From: Takakia lepidozioides
Lineage: Eukaryota; Plantae; Bryophyta
Length of the DNA stretch: 64,000 nt
Assembly (NCBI GenBank): GCA_030704615.1
Contig: CM060734.1
Span: 11,284,001 to 11,348,000 of the forward strand
Direction of reading: 5' to 3'
Part shown: piece after piece, positions 1 through 13,360 of the stretch
Layout of the letters: every line of letters begins with the position of its first letter
Position numbering within the stretch: position 1 is the first letter of the stretch
Program-made: the position numbers and the translations under genes
Notes under the pieces: model-generated
Seen by the model: only the letters and a program-made list of their open reading frames with translations
Database searches by the model: none
Told to the model about the DNA's origin: nothing

Positions 1-1640
1 ACGGTCCATCGTGAGAAAAAAGAATCGGCTGTAAATTGTGCGGTCAATTTATTTTCTTTTTATATATATTTTTTAATTTTATTATTAGAAGAATTGACCT
101 TCATTACAGAAGTTTTTGAAATATTTATTTTATTTTTATTTTATTTTCAGTTTTGAAACGAGTGTCGTCCAACCGATCGACGCGCTACGCTCAAGCTATT
201 TTCTCAGCATTGCATGAGTTTTTTAAAATTAAAAAAAAAACGGCCCTCAATTGTGCGGTCAATTTATTTTCTATTTATAAAAATGAAAATATTTAAAAAA
301 ATAATAAAAAATCGACCTCTCACCAGGACGCGCACGTCCTGTATTCTCACATTGCGGGAGTTTTTGAAATTTTTATCTTATTTTTATTTTCCTTCTACTT
401 TCGAAAGGAGCGTCGTCCAACCAATGGACGCGCTACGCTCAGGCTATTTTCTCAGCATTGCATGAGTTTTTCAAATTAAAAAAAGAAGCGGCCGTCAATT
501 GTGTTGTCAATTTATTATTTATTTATTTTTTCTTAAAAATAATCGACCTCTTACCAGGATGCGCACGACCTGTATTCTTACATTGCAGGAGTTTTTGAAA
601 TATTTATCTTATTTTCATTTTCCTTCCATTTTTTAAAGGAGCGTCGTCCAACCAATGGACGCGCTATGCTCAGGCTATTTTCTCAGCATTGCATGAGTTT
701 TTAAAATTAAAAAAAGAAGCGGCCGACAATTGAGCGATCACTTTATTTTCTTTTTATACAGAAAAAATATTTTGTTAATTTTAAAAAATAATAATTGACG
801 CCTTACCAGGACACGCACATCCTGTATTCTCGCATTGCAAGAGTTTTTGAAATATTTATCTTATTTTCATTTTATTTTCATTTTTGAAAGGAGCGACGTC
901 CAACCGATGGACGCGCTATGCTCATACCATTTTCTCAGCATTTCATGAGTTTTTTAAATTAAAAAAAGAAGCGGCCGTCAATTGTGTGGTCAATTTATTT
1001 CCTATTTATAAAAAGATTTGTTTTTTAATTTTATTTAATAATCGACCTCTTACCAAGACGCGCACATCCTGTATTCGCACATTGCAGAAGTTTCTGAAAT
1101 ATTTATCTTATTTTCATTTTCCTTCCATTTTTTAAAGGAGCGTCATCCAACCAATGGACGCGCTACGCTCAGGCTATTTTCTCAGCATTGCATGAGTTTT
1201 TTAAATTAAAAAAAGAAGCGGCCGTAAATTGTGCGATCACTTTATTTTCATTTTATATAGAAAACATATTTTTTAATTAAAATAATTAAAATAATTGACG
1301 TCTTACCAGGACGCGCACGTCCTGTATTCTCGCATTGCAGGAGTTTTTGAAATATTTATCTTATTTTCATTTTATTTTCATTTTTGAAAGGAGCGACGTC
1401 CAACCGATGGACGCGCTATGCTCAGACTATTTTATCAGCATTGCATGATTTTTTAAATTAAAAAAAGAAGCGGCCGTCAATTGTGCAGTCATTTTATTTT
1501 ATTTTATTTTATTTATTAAAAAAGAAAATATTTTATTTATTAAAAATGTATTTTTAAACAAATCGACCTCCGACCAGGACGCATGCATCCTGTATTCTCA
1601 CATTGCAGGAGTTTTTGAAATTAAAAAAAGAAGCGACCGT
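1..1640. repeat. Tandem satellite-like array, ~230-255 bp unit, about 6.5 copies, with ~500 bp dimeric higher-order structure
   Basis: Core gcgtcgtccaaccaatggacgcgctacgctcaggctattttctcagcattgcatgag recurs near 161, 410, 641, 893, 1140 and 1393, separated by AT-rich spacers. The array runs off the window start. Confidence 0.9.
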
Positions 1641-2779
1641 CAATGATGGTGTTGTTTTGTGATAGTTCTGCGCGCTACGTGTCTTTGTGCATGGTATAAA
1701 CCGCACGCTACGCTTATCACTAATCCCTCCCGCTTACTCCTAACCATACTGATGTTTAGACTACAAACCTCACTCATCTACGGCCAACTCACTAATCAGG
1801 CTGTCGGTAGGGTTGCTAATCCGCAATTAGCAGAATAATTACCTGGACAACTTACCAAAAAACGTACTAAATAAAATATTACAAAATAATAATAAGCGAT
1901 AATTAATTGAATGAACTGTCAAATACGTTCACAAGTTTTCATCTTGGAGGCGTCTTTTATTATTTCCGCTGCAATATTTATTGTCCTCCTTTACCCGAAC
2001 TCTGATCACCTCCAATTGCTTTAGACAGGACTCGACGAGGCATCGTAGTGGTTGCACTCTGGTGCGGCTTCCAAACTCACCTAGATCAATTTCAGTCTAA
2101 TCATATGTTATGATGTAGATGTGTTTTGAATCGGCCTATCCGCCTTATGGTTTGTCTAGGAGCTTCTCGCAGAGCTCGTGCAACAACATGGCAATAAATT
2201 CAAGAAACAATCACCCTTCAAGATCCCTGTGGCCGACTATGGCTGGTCTGTGTGCGCTCATTCATTTTGCGTGTCGTCCACCCAGCCTGGTTGTAGGTAG
2301 AATGTGTTGCGTGTCTCATAAATTGCAAATGTCGTCTTGGTTACATTGGCCCCAACATTCATAATGCCCATAGATAGAAGCTCATTTGCAAGTACAAGAA
2401 GACTAAGTAGAGAATATCAAATATTTCATAACTTTCCGGCCTTTGGAACCCACCTCCACTTTGAGCAAGCCGGCCTCATGCTTGAAGTGGTAGGGCGTCC
2501 GGAAGCAGAAAAGTGAGAGATCCGTAAACTCCAGCAGTTCATCCATTTTCCTGGAACCAAACCAAACGTCGGACGTCAAACGTCATGTCCAAACATGAAT
2601 TGAAAACCTTGGCTCTTTGGTGCAAGATTTGGCTTCACATTTAAATGTTGGACTCGGTGGAAGTTGGCAGCCTAGCTTCTTGTGGCAGGCCCCTAGCCAG
2701 CTTTCTTTCGTAATCCATTCGGCACCAAATATATAGGGGTAGAGGGATGGTGTTCTTCTGTGATAGTTCCTCATTGGTT

Positions 2780-3730
2780 GTTTCATCCACCCAACTTGGT
2801 TATAAGTAGAATGACTTCACAACACGACATGACACTTCACTTCACTTCAGATGTCGGCTGTCGGCAACGGGTCATAATGTTTACTTCTGAGCCTCCATCA
2901 ATGAGGATATTATCTAATACAGCTTTTCCAAGTTTAACTTGGATCACAAGCATGGCTTCATCAAAGTCTATTACTGTTTCATATTGTTTAGGAACGACCT
3001 GGTACGCCATGGTTTCTTTCTTCCTGCCTGCCTTAGTTCCTACAGGTGAAATCTGCTGATTGATTGCTTGGTATACCCTCTCCCAACAATGTGGTGCAAT
3101 TGTCCAATTGTGACTTCTTCTTTAGCCGTGCAAATGATCCTGGCCATTTCTTCTTCCATAGCCAATGTAGGTGGTGTTATTTCCTGATCCTCTTCTTCAT
3201 CGGATTCTGATTCCTGTGCTTTGGGAACATCTGTGTCCTTCTGCATTTGTTTTCTGGATTCTACTACTTCCTTATGTAATTTTTTTTCTTCATCCTAGGA
3301 TTCATCATTCATTGGAATGGTGTCATCTTCCTCCTCTTCAGATTCTTCTTCTTCTGGGATTACATCCTTGGCCCTGCTCCTGGTTACCACCATAGCTTCC
3401 ACTTCAGGTATGCGACATAGTTTTACCATGTTCACTGCAACATTAGCTACTGGTGCTACAGGGTTTCTCATATCTGCTTGATGCTTAATCCATAAAGCAC
3501 AAGCAAGCTTCCTATGTCCTGGCTTCTTACAATAGAAGCAAACTTCTTCTCCATCAGGTCCTCGTCCTTGATCTCTTCTGCGATCTCTGTGTTCTGGTCC
3601 GTTGTTTCTCTGGTAATTCCGATTAGGTTGGTAACCTCCTTGATAACCCCCTGGATTATTTCTTTCCAGTGGGTAGTTTCTTCTCCCGGCTCCTGCATAT
3701 CCTCTATTGGCAGGAGGATTCGTAACTCTG
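2780..3730 (-). mobile_element. Decayed Ty3/gypsy-like gag-protease fragment
   Basis: Minus strand gives a CCHC zinc knuckle CFYCKKPGHRKLAC (3499-3540) and the aspartic protease motif ILIDGGSEVNIM (~2875-2910). Frameshifted, and cut at ~3730 by the LINE. Confidence 0.75.
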
Positions 3731-6700
3731 TGAGAGCGAGCCAGCCGCTGAGGGGGGCGGAGCTCCGCCCTCCCGCTTGTTTTTCGCTACTTTAGTCATG
3801 ACTAGTCCTCCAGGGTTCCGATATTTTCTTCTCTTTCCATTTGTTTTTTAGTGCCCTTTCTTAGCATCGCCGCCGTTTTAGCCTGTTTCTAGTTTAGCTG
3901 TGGCAGCCGCCATGGCCATGCTCCGTGTTCGCTGTGCTGCTGCGCAGCTCTGCTGCCTTAGTAAGGACAGTCGTTATCACGTCCTATACTGCCTCTCTCT
4001 TGTGATTCTTCTAAGCTACGCTTTGCCTGTTTCTATGAAGTATGTCACTCCCAGACCCGATATCGGTTCCTCCACCACCTACCGAGCTGCTCTGCTTCAT
4101 AATAGGCAGGACGACACGACCGTGTTTACCATCAGCTCCCTCGGCCCCCAACTGAAGCAACCCCTCTCTGCTACAACGCGCTCTCTTTATGATGATCAAG
4201 CACAGTCACCCGCAGGTCTGGGGCCTTGCACTCTACTATCAACGAACATGCACATACACACCAGGGGCTCTCTATGGCGGCCTAGGCGGCGATTTGAGGT
4301 GCTCCCACCATGCAAAATGCTTGCCGTATGCTTGCCGTGCCTACCATGGCACCGACGAACACCTTCCAGCACATGGTTCATGGCAACGTGACTGCGTTTC
4401 TTTCTACACACGCTAGTTGGATGTCCCACTGCGAGGATTTGGAGACCCAGGGTAGTTCAACGCTGCAACTAAGAAAGGCCCCAACGTGAAACAGGTCTGC
4501 GCGCACCGCATTCCCAATGGGCACACACATCTACACCATGACAACCTCATGGCGACTGGCTCTGTGTTCTGCGATGCCCCCAGCGTACATCCTGCATGAC
4601 AGTAGCACCGGGGCCACAGCGAACAGGACCCAGCATCAGATTCAAGGCTTTCGTGCGCCAACGTCTCCATCAGTATATGTACTACGGCAGCCCCCTCGTG
4701 AAGCTGGATCGGAAACCCCATGGCATCTACAATCGCTGCTCAGTCGGGCTCTAGGGCTCAACACGCTGGAACGCAACCCGCTCTTGGCAGGTAGGGGAAA
4801 GCTCTCGTCCCAATTGTGTGTCTTAAAGATGCCCTCGCAATACCCCCAATGACTCTACTCTCCCAGCCTGGCCCCCAGCAGGTGGAAGGCCCTGACTACC
4901 CTCTCGGCGCTGCAGCGGGAAGATCACCATTACGCCAAGGAAACCATCTTCTTAATACGAAGGTATGTGCCTGCCCCCGTTTGGGCCAGGCCCACTGCCC
5001 AGTTGATTACTCTATCTGCCCCTCCCCGGCTCAAGGTTTACAGCACCATCTACCTGCCCCCCCCTGTTGGGAGTTCTCGGCTCCCCGTGTTGGGCCGGGT
5101 ACCAAGTCAGTCATGCCCCCAAACTCTACCCCCCCTTGTGGCTTGGCGCATTTCATATTGGCGAGTGGAGCACCCTCCGACCCCTACCCCTAGTAGGGAT
5201 CTCTGGATTGGCGAGTGGAGCACCCTCCGACCCCTACCCCTAGTAGGGATCTCTGGCTGGTCTAAGAGCCCGCAGCCCATGGGAAAGCCCACCCATTTTG
5301 GAAGCTTCTTAAGCAGCTCAGCAGGCAAATTCGCCCTTACTGCACAAGGTCTGCGTCCCTCACTGATAAGAGGCCCATGTCCTTAGCAATAGGTGGCTAC
5401 AAGTTTGTGATGGGGCACACCATCATACTGGAATCGCAAGCCGGGCAATGCAAGATGGCTGCTATCTCCAGGCAACAAAAGCTACTTTACTGCACGGACG
5501 TGATGACTTCCCCAACCTCGCCTTCAGCAGGTCTTGATTGGGATATAAGACCTTACTGGCTGCTGCATACTTGCAGAAAGAGGCACCCGGACTGGACAAC
5601 CTTCCCCAGAGGGTACCACAATTATGACAATGGCCTCGCACCACGCGCTGCTGCTGCCAATAGCAATGCCCAGGGGCTATGGCAAGGGTACCAGAGGCGG
5701 CCTCACATGCATCCCCAATCATCCCAAGACCACCTCGCACCCAGGGAGCACACTCACCCATTCCCCCAACCCTGTTCCTTTTCCTTCTTCTTCATGTATA
5801 GACAATTATTGCAATACTGTAACACTCATATAGAAATATCACCCATCGATTCCCAGTGTGCATGCCGCAGATTTTCTCTCAATTTCAACTGGCATTCCAT
5901 TACTCAACTGGATTGATCAACCACACACACCCCTGAAGCACCCTGCTGCTCAAGACCAACAACCACAACCAGCTGTCCCCCATCAGTCATCACCCATGGT
6001 ACCCCACTCTCCAGGTACAAACCACTGCAATGCCCACAAATTGAAGCACAATAGTTGCAAAGGTAACCACCCTACCTCACCTAACACTCCTTTATTCGCG
6101 CCATTGTCATGTATGTTGCATGCCCCTCTTCAAATACATGGTCTGATCCTAAGATGAACTTGTTATCTGCCATGTCTATGCTCTCTACCATACCCCACAC
6201 CACTGGCCACCTAGCTTTATCAGTTCCCGCCCATCTCTGCCTTGTTATACTTGTCGTCATAATAAAACTACCTGCCCTTCCACTTGCATGTATTGCCCTT
6301 TCAATCCCAGACACTGCCCTGCTGACATTTCTCCCCTTCTATTCTGTATGACAAAGCCCCACTCCAGAATGTAGCCCCCCATACACCGATCTGACCCTCA
6401 TCTGTCTTACAGGCTCCCTCCCAAACACAGACTATCAAACATCTCCGGCCTCCTCTCAACAAGCAATGTGGACAAAGTGGACATCTCTCGTTCTATCAAT
6501 TTCACGCATGCGCAACTCTCCTCAAGCAATCTTACAAAAATACTTTTACTCCATGTTCTATTCCATGATTTTACTCCATGACTATCACCATTACCATGAT
6601 ATTTTCCATGACAATTACCATTATCACGACGTTACTCACCACATCGTATATGCTTATCTCCCATCCTCTACTCGCCTCATCTCACACAAATCATCATATC

Positions 6701-9700
6701 ACACTACTTGTTCATTCTCACCACCTCATCCCCAAGTTTTTATACAACAAACCACCTCTCTCCCCTTTCCGACATGACACCGTCGTTAAACACCTTGTTT
6801 ATCTACTCATCTACCCACTATCAACTGCCCCCCAGGCAGCTGCTCAAGAGACTCCTCACACCAGCCCTATGCTCTCTCATAACACTCCACTCCACAAGCT
6901 ACGACCCGTCGCAAACTACTATGCCATGGCACCCAGAATCCCACTCCAACATATTTTCAAACAATCTGTACATTCTTGCCAACCACATCCTTACACAATA
7001 CAACATCCATATCATACCCAAGCATCATATGGTATTCCTGCCATAGCACTTGACTACACACTCCAAACCCTCGAGGAGCTGTTCCCCTCAACACTCCCCC
7101 AACTTCACAAGACACCACCGTTGTATAAACCCCGGATACCATATATTACATCTGTCACAATACTCGATTATACACAGGCAGACCGTTTTCCCCAACACCT
7201 TCGCCTCATTCAACAAACTATCTATCCATGATAATGGTCGGCGTGCTCATCCCCTGTCTACAAACTTGTCCAGTCACGACACCAGTCCCACCCAACTCTT
7301 TACCCACAAAGCTGGACAGCCTCAGCATTTGCCTAGCCTCCCTATCATTAAGTATCACTATATTCTGCATATAACATGCTCAATTCTTCTACCATAACGT
7401 CTCTGCAAAGCAAAACGCAGCTTATCTCCACGCGAGAAGGATTGGTATGCACCTGGCCCCTGACATCTCAGCAACCCGAACCCATAACACTGTCAAAAAT
7501 GCCCCACCAACCACAAAAACCTCCAACTTCAGTACACAACACGACACCGCTCTCAAACGCACATCACCAAAAGTTAAACATGCCCTCCTGTATCTCCAGA
7601 TCCCTAGCCACCCCTGCTAACAAGCATTACTCTCATACTCATCCCCCTCATTACACCACCATAACCAATCACCACTCTATTTATGTACACACCATTACAT
7701 CAGCCACCCCACATTCACAGCCTCTCCACATCATATTGCTAAACGCAAGATCTCTATTCAAGTCCAGCCTCTTAACTCTCATAAATCGACATGACATCTA
7801 TCCTCAAAATAACCCCCGCCACTTTCAGAAGATCTCAGTGCCGGCGCTCATTACTTCACCGCCCCACAAGTCTACAGACATGTCACACAGCGCTGCGATG
7901 GCCCGTGACGGTGCATCACCTCCACCACACACAAAGCTTCAGCCCCATAAATTCTTTCCATACTCTGTAACCACCCAGCCGTCACCCGAGCACAAGCGGA
8001 TAACGGCCACCATCAACACTCCTCGCTGTTCTCTCTGCCAGCGCCACAGCAACCACCCTAGCCAACCCAGCACCATCCCCCCAAATAAATCACTACCGCC
8101 ACCCACAGCTTCATGCACTCCATTCACACTTTTACTCTCTCCTTGCTCCCATCGCTCCTACACTATCCACCTCCATCATCATCCTCACGGCTGCTTAATC
8201 TCCTACACATCCACTTCCTTTCCTCACATTCCACCCGCTAGCTCTCAATCACGTATGTCTTGCTCAAAGCTAAATAGCATTCAGAAAAGTGCTGGCAGTA
8301 TTCAGAAACAACCCCGCCCCCAATCTAGCATAGTCACTCGTAGCAAAAGGTCAAACGCAAGCTCAGAATCTACCCCTTGTTCTACTTCAAAGATATACCA
8401 CATGGACGGTGACGACGACATGGAGCATTTCCCCGAAGAAGAAGTTGCCGCCAGTGATATGCACCCTTCCGAAGAACAATTCTTTGCTGCTGAACCTGCC
8501 TACCATGACCACTCCACACAAAGCTCTTCCAAGGCCAACAGAAGACAGGTGCCAGAGCGTCCAGCAGTCAACACATCACCAACATCGAGAACTCCCGAGC
8601 ATTTTCGCACACTCACCGCACCAGCTGGACTATTGGCATCCAAAATACGTACCAAAAGAACTTCAAGCGAGTTCAGCAGCGAAGCTGGGAGCAGCCACTC
8701 CGACCTCAAAAAATCTCGAGGTCCCACTGAGCAAGGCCCTCTCCAACTGATGGACATATAAAGCCCGACTTGCCACTACTCTGGCTGGGCTATCAAGCAC
8801 ACGAATCCCACACACCACACTACCTCTGCCACCATGACCAACTCATGCAACGGCTTACATCCCAACTCGCGCGCCACCAACACCTCCCTGCGATCCACAT
8901 ACACTACCACGTTCGATAGTTGAGCGTCTGCAGTCTCTCACCAGGGCCTAGTCCCTCCACGCACGGATACGAATCCTCTCAATCAGTCCCATCCCCGCGC
9001 CGTCTTACTGCACCGCCCAATCTGCATCTACCACTTGGACACCGTAACCACACGCCACGCACCTGCACCAAATCAAATCACCCGCCCCCCCACTCATATC
9101 CCCGCAGCATGCAACAGTTACATCATCCACCTACTGGCGTTTTCATCCGCACCCGAAGCCCCACAGCAAGGCTATTCATCCATCTTTCACAACGCCACCC
9201 TACAGATAATTATACCCTTCATCTACCAGCAGGCTATAGCCCTTGGGGGCGCACAAAACCCCCCAACACAATGGATTCCCTTTCTGCCGTCTCCCACGTA
9301 TCCAACATGTACCCGTGGCCACCTCTCTACATAAATATAACCCGCTCAGAACCACAACACTCCATATAGCTATCGCCCAACTAAAACCAAAAAAATCAAA
9401 CACGCGAGATTCACCCAGACTTACATAACCCCCTCGCCCAATACATATATATCGCCCAACCCTCTCACTCCATGTACTTCACTCCTGCCACCTACGCCTA
9501 GTATGTGCCCAACTTTATATACCAATGACATTAATAATCATCTCATACACATCAAATTCCTACTCCTAGCCTGGGTTATCAAGCAAGCCCGGATGAATGG
9601 GCCTCATCCAGCACATCTTACTATTCATCCCTATCCCAGTATCATATTCTCCCTGCCCTCCCACTAGGTCAACGTCCCTCCATTTTTCATCCATTGCCAC

Positions 9701-12700
9701 CCTAACCACATCCTATCTCTCATGCAGGACTCGTTCTCTCAAACCACCACACCCCCCACGTCTGCGTCCGCCCCACGTACCCCGCCAACCGGCCCCTGCG
9801 GAGAACACATCAAACTGTCCTATATATTACCAACCCAAAACCAAATTCAAAACCCACCTATCCCGGCACCTATCTAGCACGGACCCCCTCATATCATCAG
9901 GCACTCCCCCGCACCCCTACGCTCCTCTCCTACGCTCCTCTGTGCTGCCCAACCCCCCCCTCCCTACATAACCCACCGTATGCGTGATTACGTCCCCACC
10001 CCGAGCGTAACCCACCTCATTAACCTAAATACAATTAACCCATACATACGCCAGCAACTACCTCCACCCATACCCATTACGATGCCGCAAAAACCACCCC
10101 ACATATATTCTCATACACTGCTCACCCCCCGAATTTCCCTATCCCCCGACCACCCAAAAAACACCTCCTAACCCACTGTCCACACGGCAGATACCATTGC
10201 CGACCACCTGCATCCAAACACTCCTACCATCACCCATCGTCCCACCACAAGACCTACCAACTAGCATGCGCACAGATTATGCTTACACGTTGTGGGGACA
10301 TCCACCCCAACCCAGCCCCCTAGCATCATTAACAATCTACCAAAATACCACAAAAAACGATATGAACTATATTCCAAAAAGACACAATCTCTCTAGCTCC
10401 TGCATACCAACACCTTAACGACCATTTCTTCCCTTTTCTCCGCATCTCTTCCACCAATATACGCCCACCCACACAACCAATAGCCACTTTCGGGCTCCCT
10501 ACATGACAAAACTTAACGTTAGTCACTGTCACTCATAAACTCCACCCATATCCTAAACATCACATTCTCTTTTCACTAATCACCACCATCTCCCCAATCC
10601 CATCAATATATAACTACTATCCGACAACCCATCCAAACACACAAATATGATCACTCCTACAAAAACTACGCAACCTACCCACACACCCCCACAACTACCT
10701 AGCACCCCCACATTTCCTGCATAACCTCCACGAATATCTACATTTACTACAAACCAAACCTGGCGAAGTCCACCAAATATTAAGTGACATTTAGCCGACG
10801 CATCTACAAACATACAAGAACTTCACACTATCACCAACAAATTTCCATTCCTATCACAAAACACTCACTGCAACCCTCCAAGCCAAAGCCAAAGCAAGCA
10901 AGCCAAAGCAAACATTCCCGGATATCAACCTAGGCCCGAGACCACACCAACGACCCCACCACCAGCATCACACATGCATAGTCCCACCCGAACTCTGCCA
11001 CCAACCTCTCACCAACTCCCTAGCACTCCACTTACTGCCCCCCAGCGTGCACACTCACTCAACATTACAACTTGGAATGTAGGTGCACTTGCCACCAGCA
11101 TTCAAAGTCTCATCCATCTCACAGACTCTACCTCACCACATATCATTCTCTTACAAAAAACCAAACTCAATAAACAAAGACCCAATGGCTCTTATATAAG
11201 AAAACTCCTCCCAGCATACTACATGTTGTATGGCAACGCATATACGGCAGAGCAATGCCTTACCAGACATTCCGTTCCATATCATCCCACTCGTGGTGGA
11301 GTTGCTTTCGGTATCCTCCGTACACATCACTCTCCTAGTACCACGATCAAAGTCTCGGTCGCTCCCCCTCTCCGATCACATCTCCAAATCATTAAACTGC
11401 TACTCCCCGCGCTCTCCTCTTATACATGCCATCACACGTGGATGACCTCCTCCTAATTCCAGAAATCTTACTCACCATCTCCAACACACTCACCCAAAAT
11501 TTAACTCACCCACAACACTTCATATTAGCAGGCGATTTTAACAGGGACATCACCCTCATGGGTCATACATACAATGACACGCGTAAACCCCCCTCACCAT
11601 CAGACCATGAATGGGCAAAATTTATCCAATCACATCACCTCCGGTACATACCCGCAGATCACCACTACTCTAGACAAGGTGAGCTCAACTACTCATCCTT
11701 AAGTCTCCTAGACGGTTACTACCTCAAAACGCAAAATGAGATCCCTACCTTCCTCAATAGCCATGTCCATATAGACAGCTTATGCAACTCATACCACTAC
11801 CCTGTCTCGGTAACTTTCCCATCATCCTTTATTCTCTTCCGGCCTATCCCGGCCGTACATGCCCCCTCACCTCGAGTTAGAATCCTATCCCCACTCCCCC
11901 AACGCAATATAGCCGCCTTTCTAAATATTTTCACCCGATGTCCTCACACCTTACACTGAAACTTTCAGAAATACTCACAGACACCAATTTAGTACACGCC
12001 CTGAAAAATACTTGGCTAGAATCTGAGGCCATACTCACAAATTTGATGCAAGAAATGACAAGATGTGTCACTGCCACGTGCTCTGCCCATCATGAGATCC
12101 CACAAACCCCACGTTCCACACAAAATGGAGGCTACCTCACTCGCACACAAAAATGTGCATGGACATCGCACCTCAACACATACCATACAATCAGACGTGC
12201 CCTCACTATCATACCCACCACCACTACTGTACATCCAGGAAACAACTGGAGAATGGATCCCCGCATCACTTGCTTAAACTCCCTCACAACATGTCAATCA
12301 CTCACTCCTCCACCTAACAATCCCCATGAAATCCCTGACTGGATCGTTGCACTCTCTAAGGCTGGGAGAGAGGCCAAGAAAGCCACTTATAACATCACTA
12401 AATAAAAAGCTACCGACAACCAAAAAAAATTTGTCTCCTCCTTTAACCAGCTACTACATGACCACCCCAAAAAACCCACAAAGCCATCTTCAATCCTGCC
12501 CTCAACCCACCTATCGACTGCATCAAACACCGACTTGGGCACCTGCTAACTGACCCAAAAGATATCAATCTAGAAATATGGACACAAGCATCCCTCACCT
12601 ACACACCCACAGTCACCAACTGTCTACACCCCAAACTCCACACTGCTCATTGCATGTGTTAAGCTAAACACTATCCATGCATGACATAGACGGCTTCTCA

Positions 12701-13358
12701 ATAGACAATAGAGGCTCCCCTACATATTGTATCTCGCCTTCTTTACACACGACATGTCTTAAAAAATTTATCCAAATCTAAAGCCCCAGGCCCCGACCTG
12801 ATACCCAACGCTATACTTCAAGCACTCGACCCTCAAACTCCATCACTTCATTTTTAAATTTTTCCAGCTCTGTTATAAACTACAACGCATACCACACACC
12901 TGGAAGCACAGTCGTACTATCCTACTCTTTAAAAAAGGTGACCCAACGGATCTTAGCAACAACAGACTCATAGCTCTAGCCAATACCATATACAAATTAT
13001 TTACGGGCACGCTAATCACAATGTTGTCCAGCTATGGCGAACAACACCGCATCCTAAGTGACCCCCAAGAAGGATTCTGAGCTACTCACCCAACAAATAC
13101 AATATGTATTATCTGCCCTTGAAGACGGTAAATTTACAAAGCAAGATATATATCTACTATATATCGATTTTAAAAACGCATTTGGATCTCTAGACCACGC
13201 AAGACTACTCTACATTATGACTGACCTTGGATACCCCATTGATGTCGTCCAACTCATAGGAAACATCTACACTAATAGTACAACGGAGTACTCTGGAGCA
13301 TATTATGGATCCACTCCACCTATTCCAATATTACGAGGCACTACCCAAGGAGACCTAT
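3731..13358 (+). mobile_element. Large decayed non-LTR retrotransposon (APE + RT) with ~7 kb 5' region, truncated inside RT
   Basis: APE motifs: NITTWNV, IILLQKTK, FILAGDFN, LLDGY, SYHYPV (~11055-11830). RT motifs: KAPGPDLIPN, LLFKKGDP, IALANTIYKLF, LLYIDFKNAFGSLDH, RGTTQGD (~12770-13358). The plus strand is C/A-rich throughout. The 5' boundary is approximate. Confidence 0.8.
5157..5255 (+). repeat. Direct tandem duplication of ~50 bp in the LINE 5' region
   Basis: attggcgagtggagcaccctccgacccctacccctagtagggatctctgg occurs twice back to back. Confidence 0.85.
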
Positions 13359-13360
13359 GA

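Noticed and set aside
7376-8761. 461-aa ORF as a host gene
   Set aside because: It is low-complexity (S/T/P/H-rich) because of the C/A strand bias of the LINE region, and shows no recognisable domain. At most it is a decayed ORF1 remnant.
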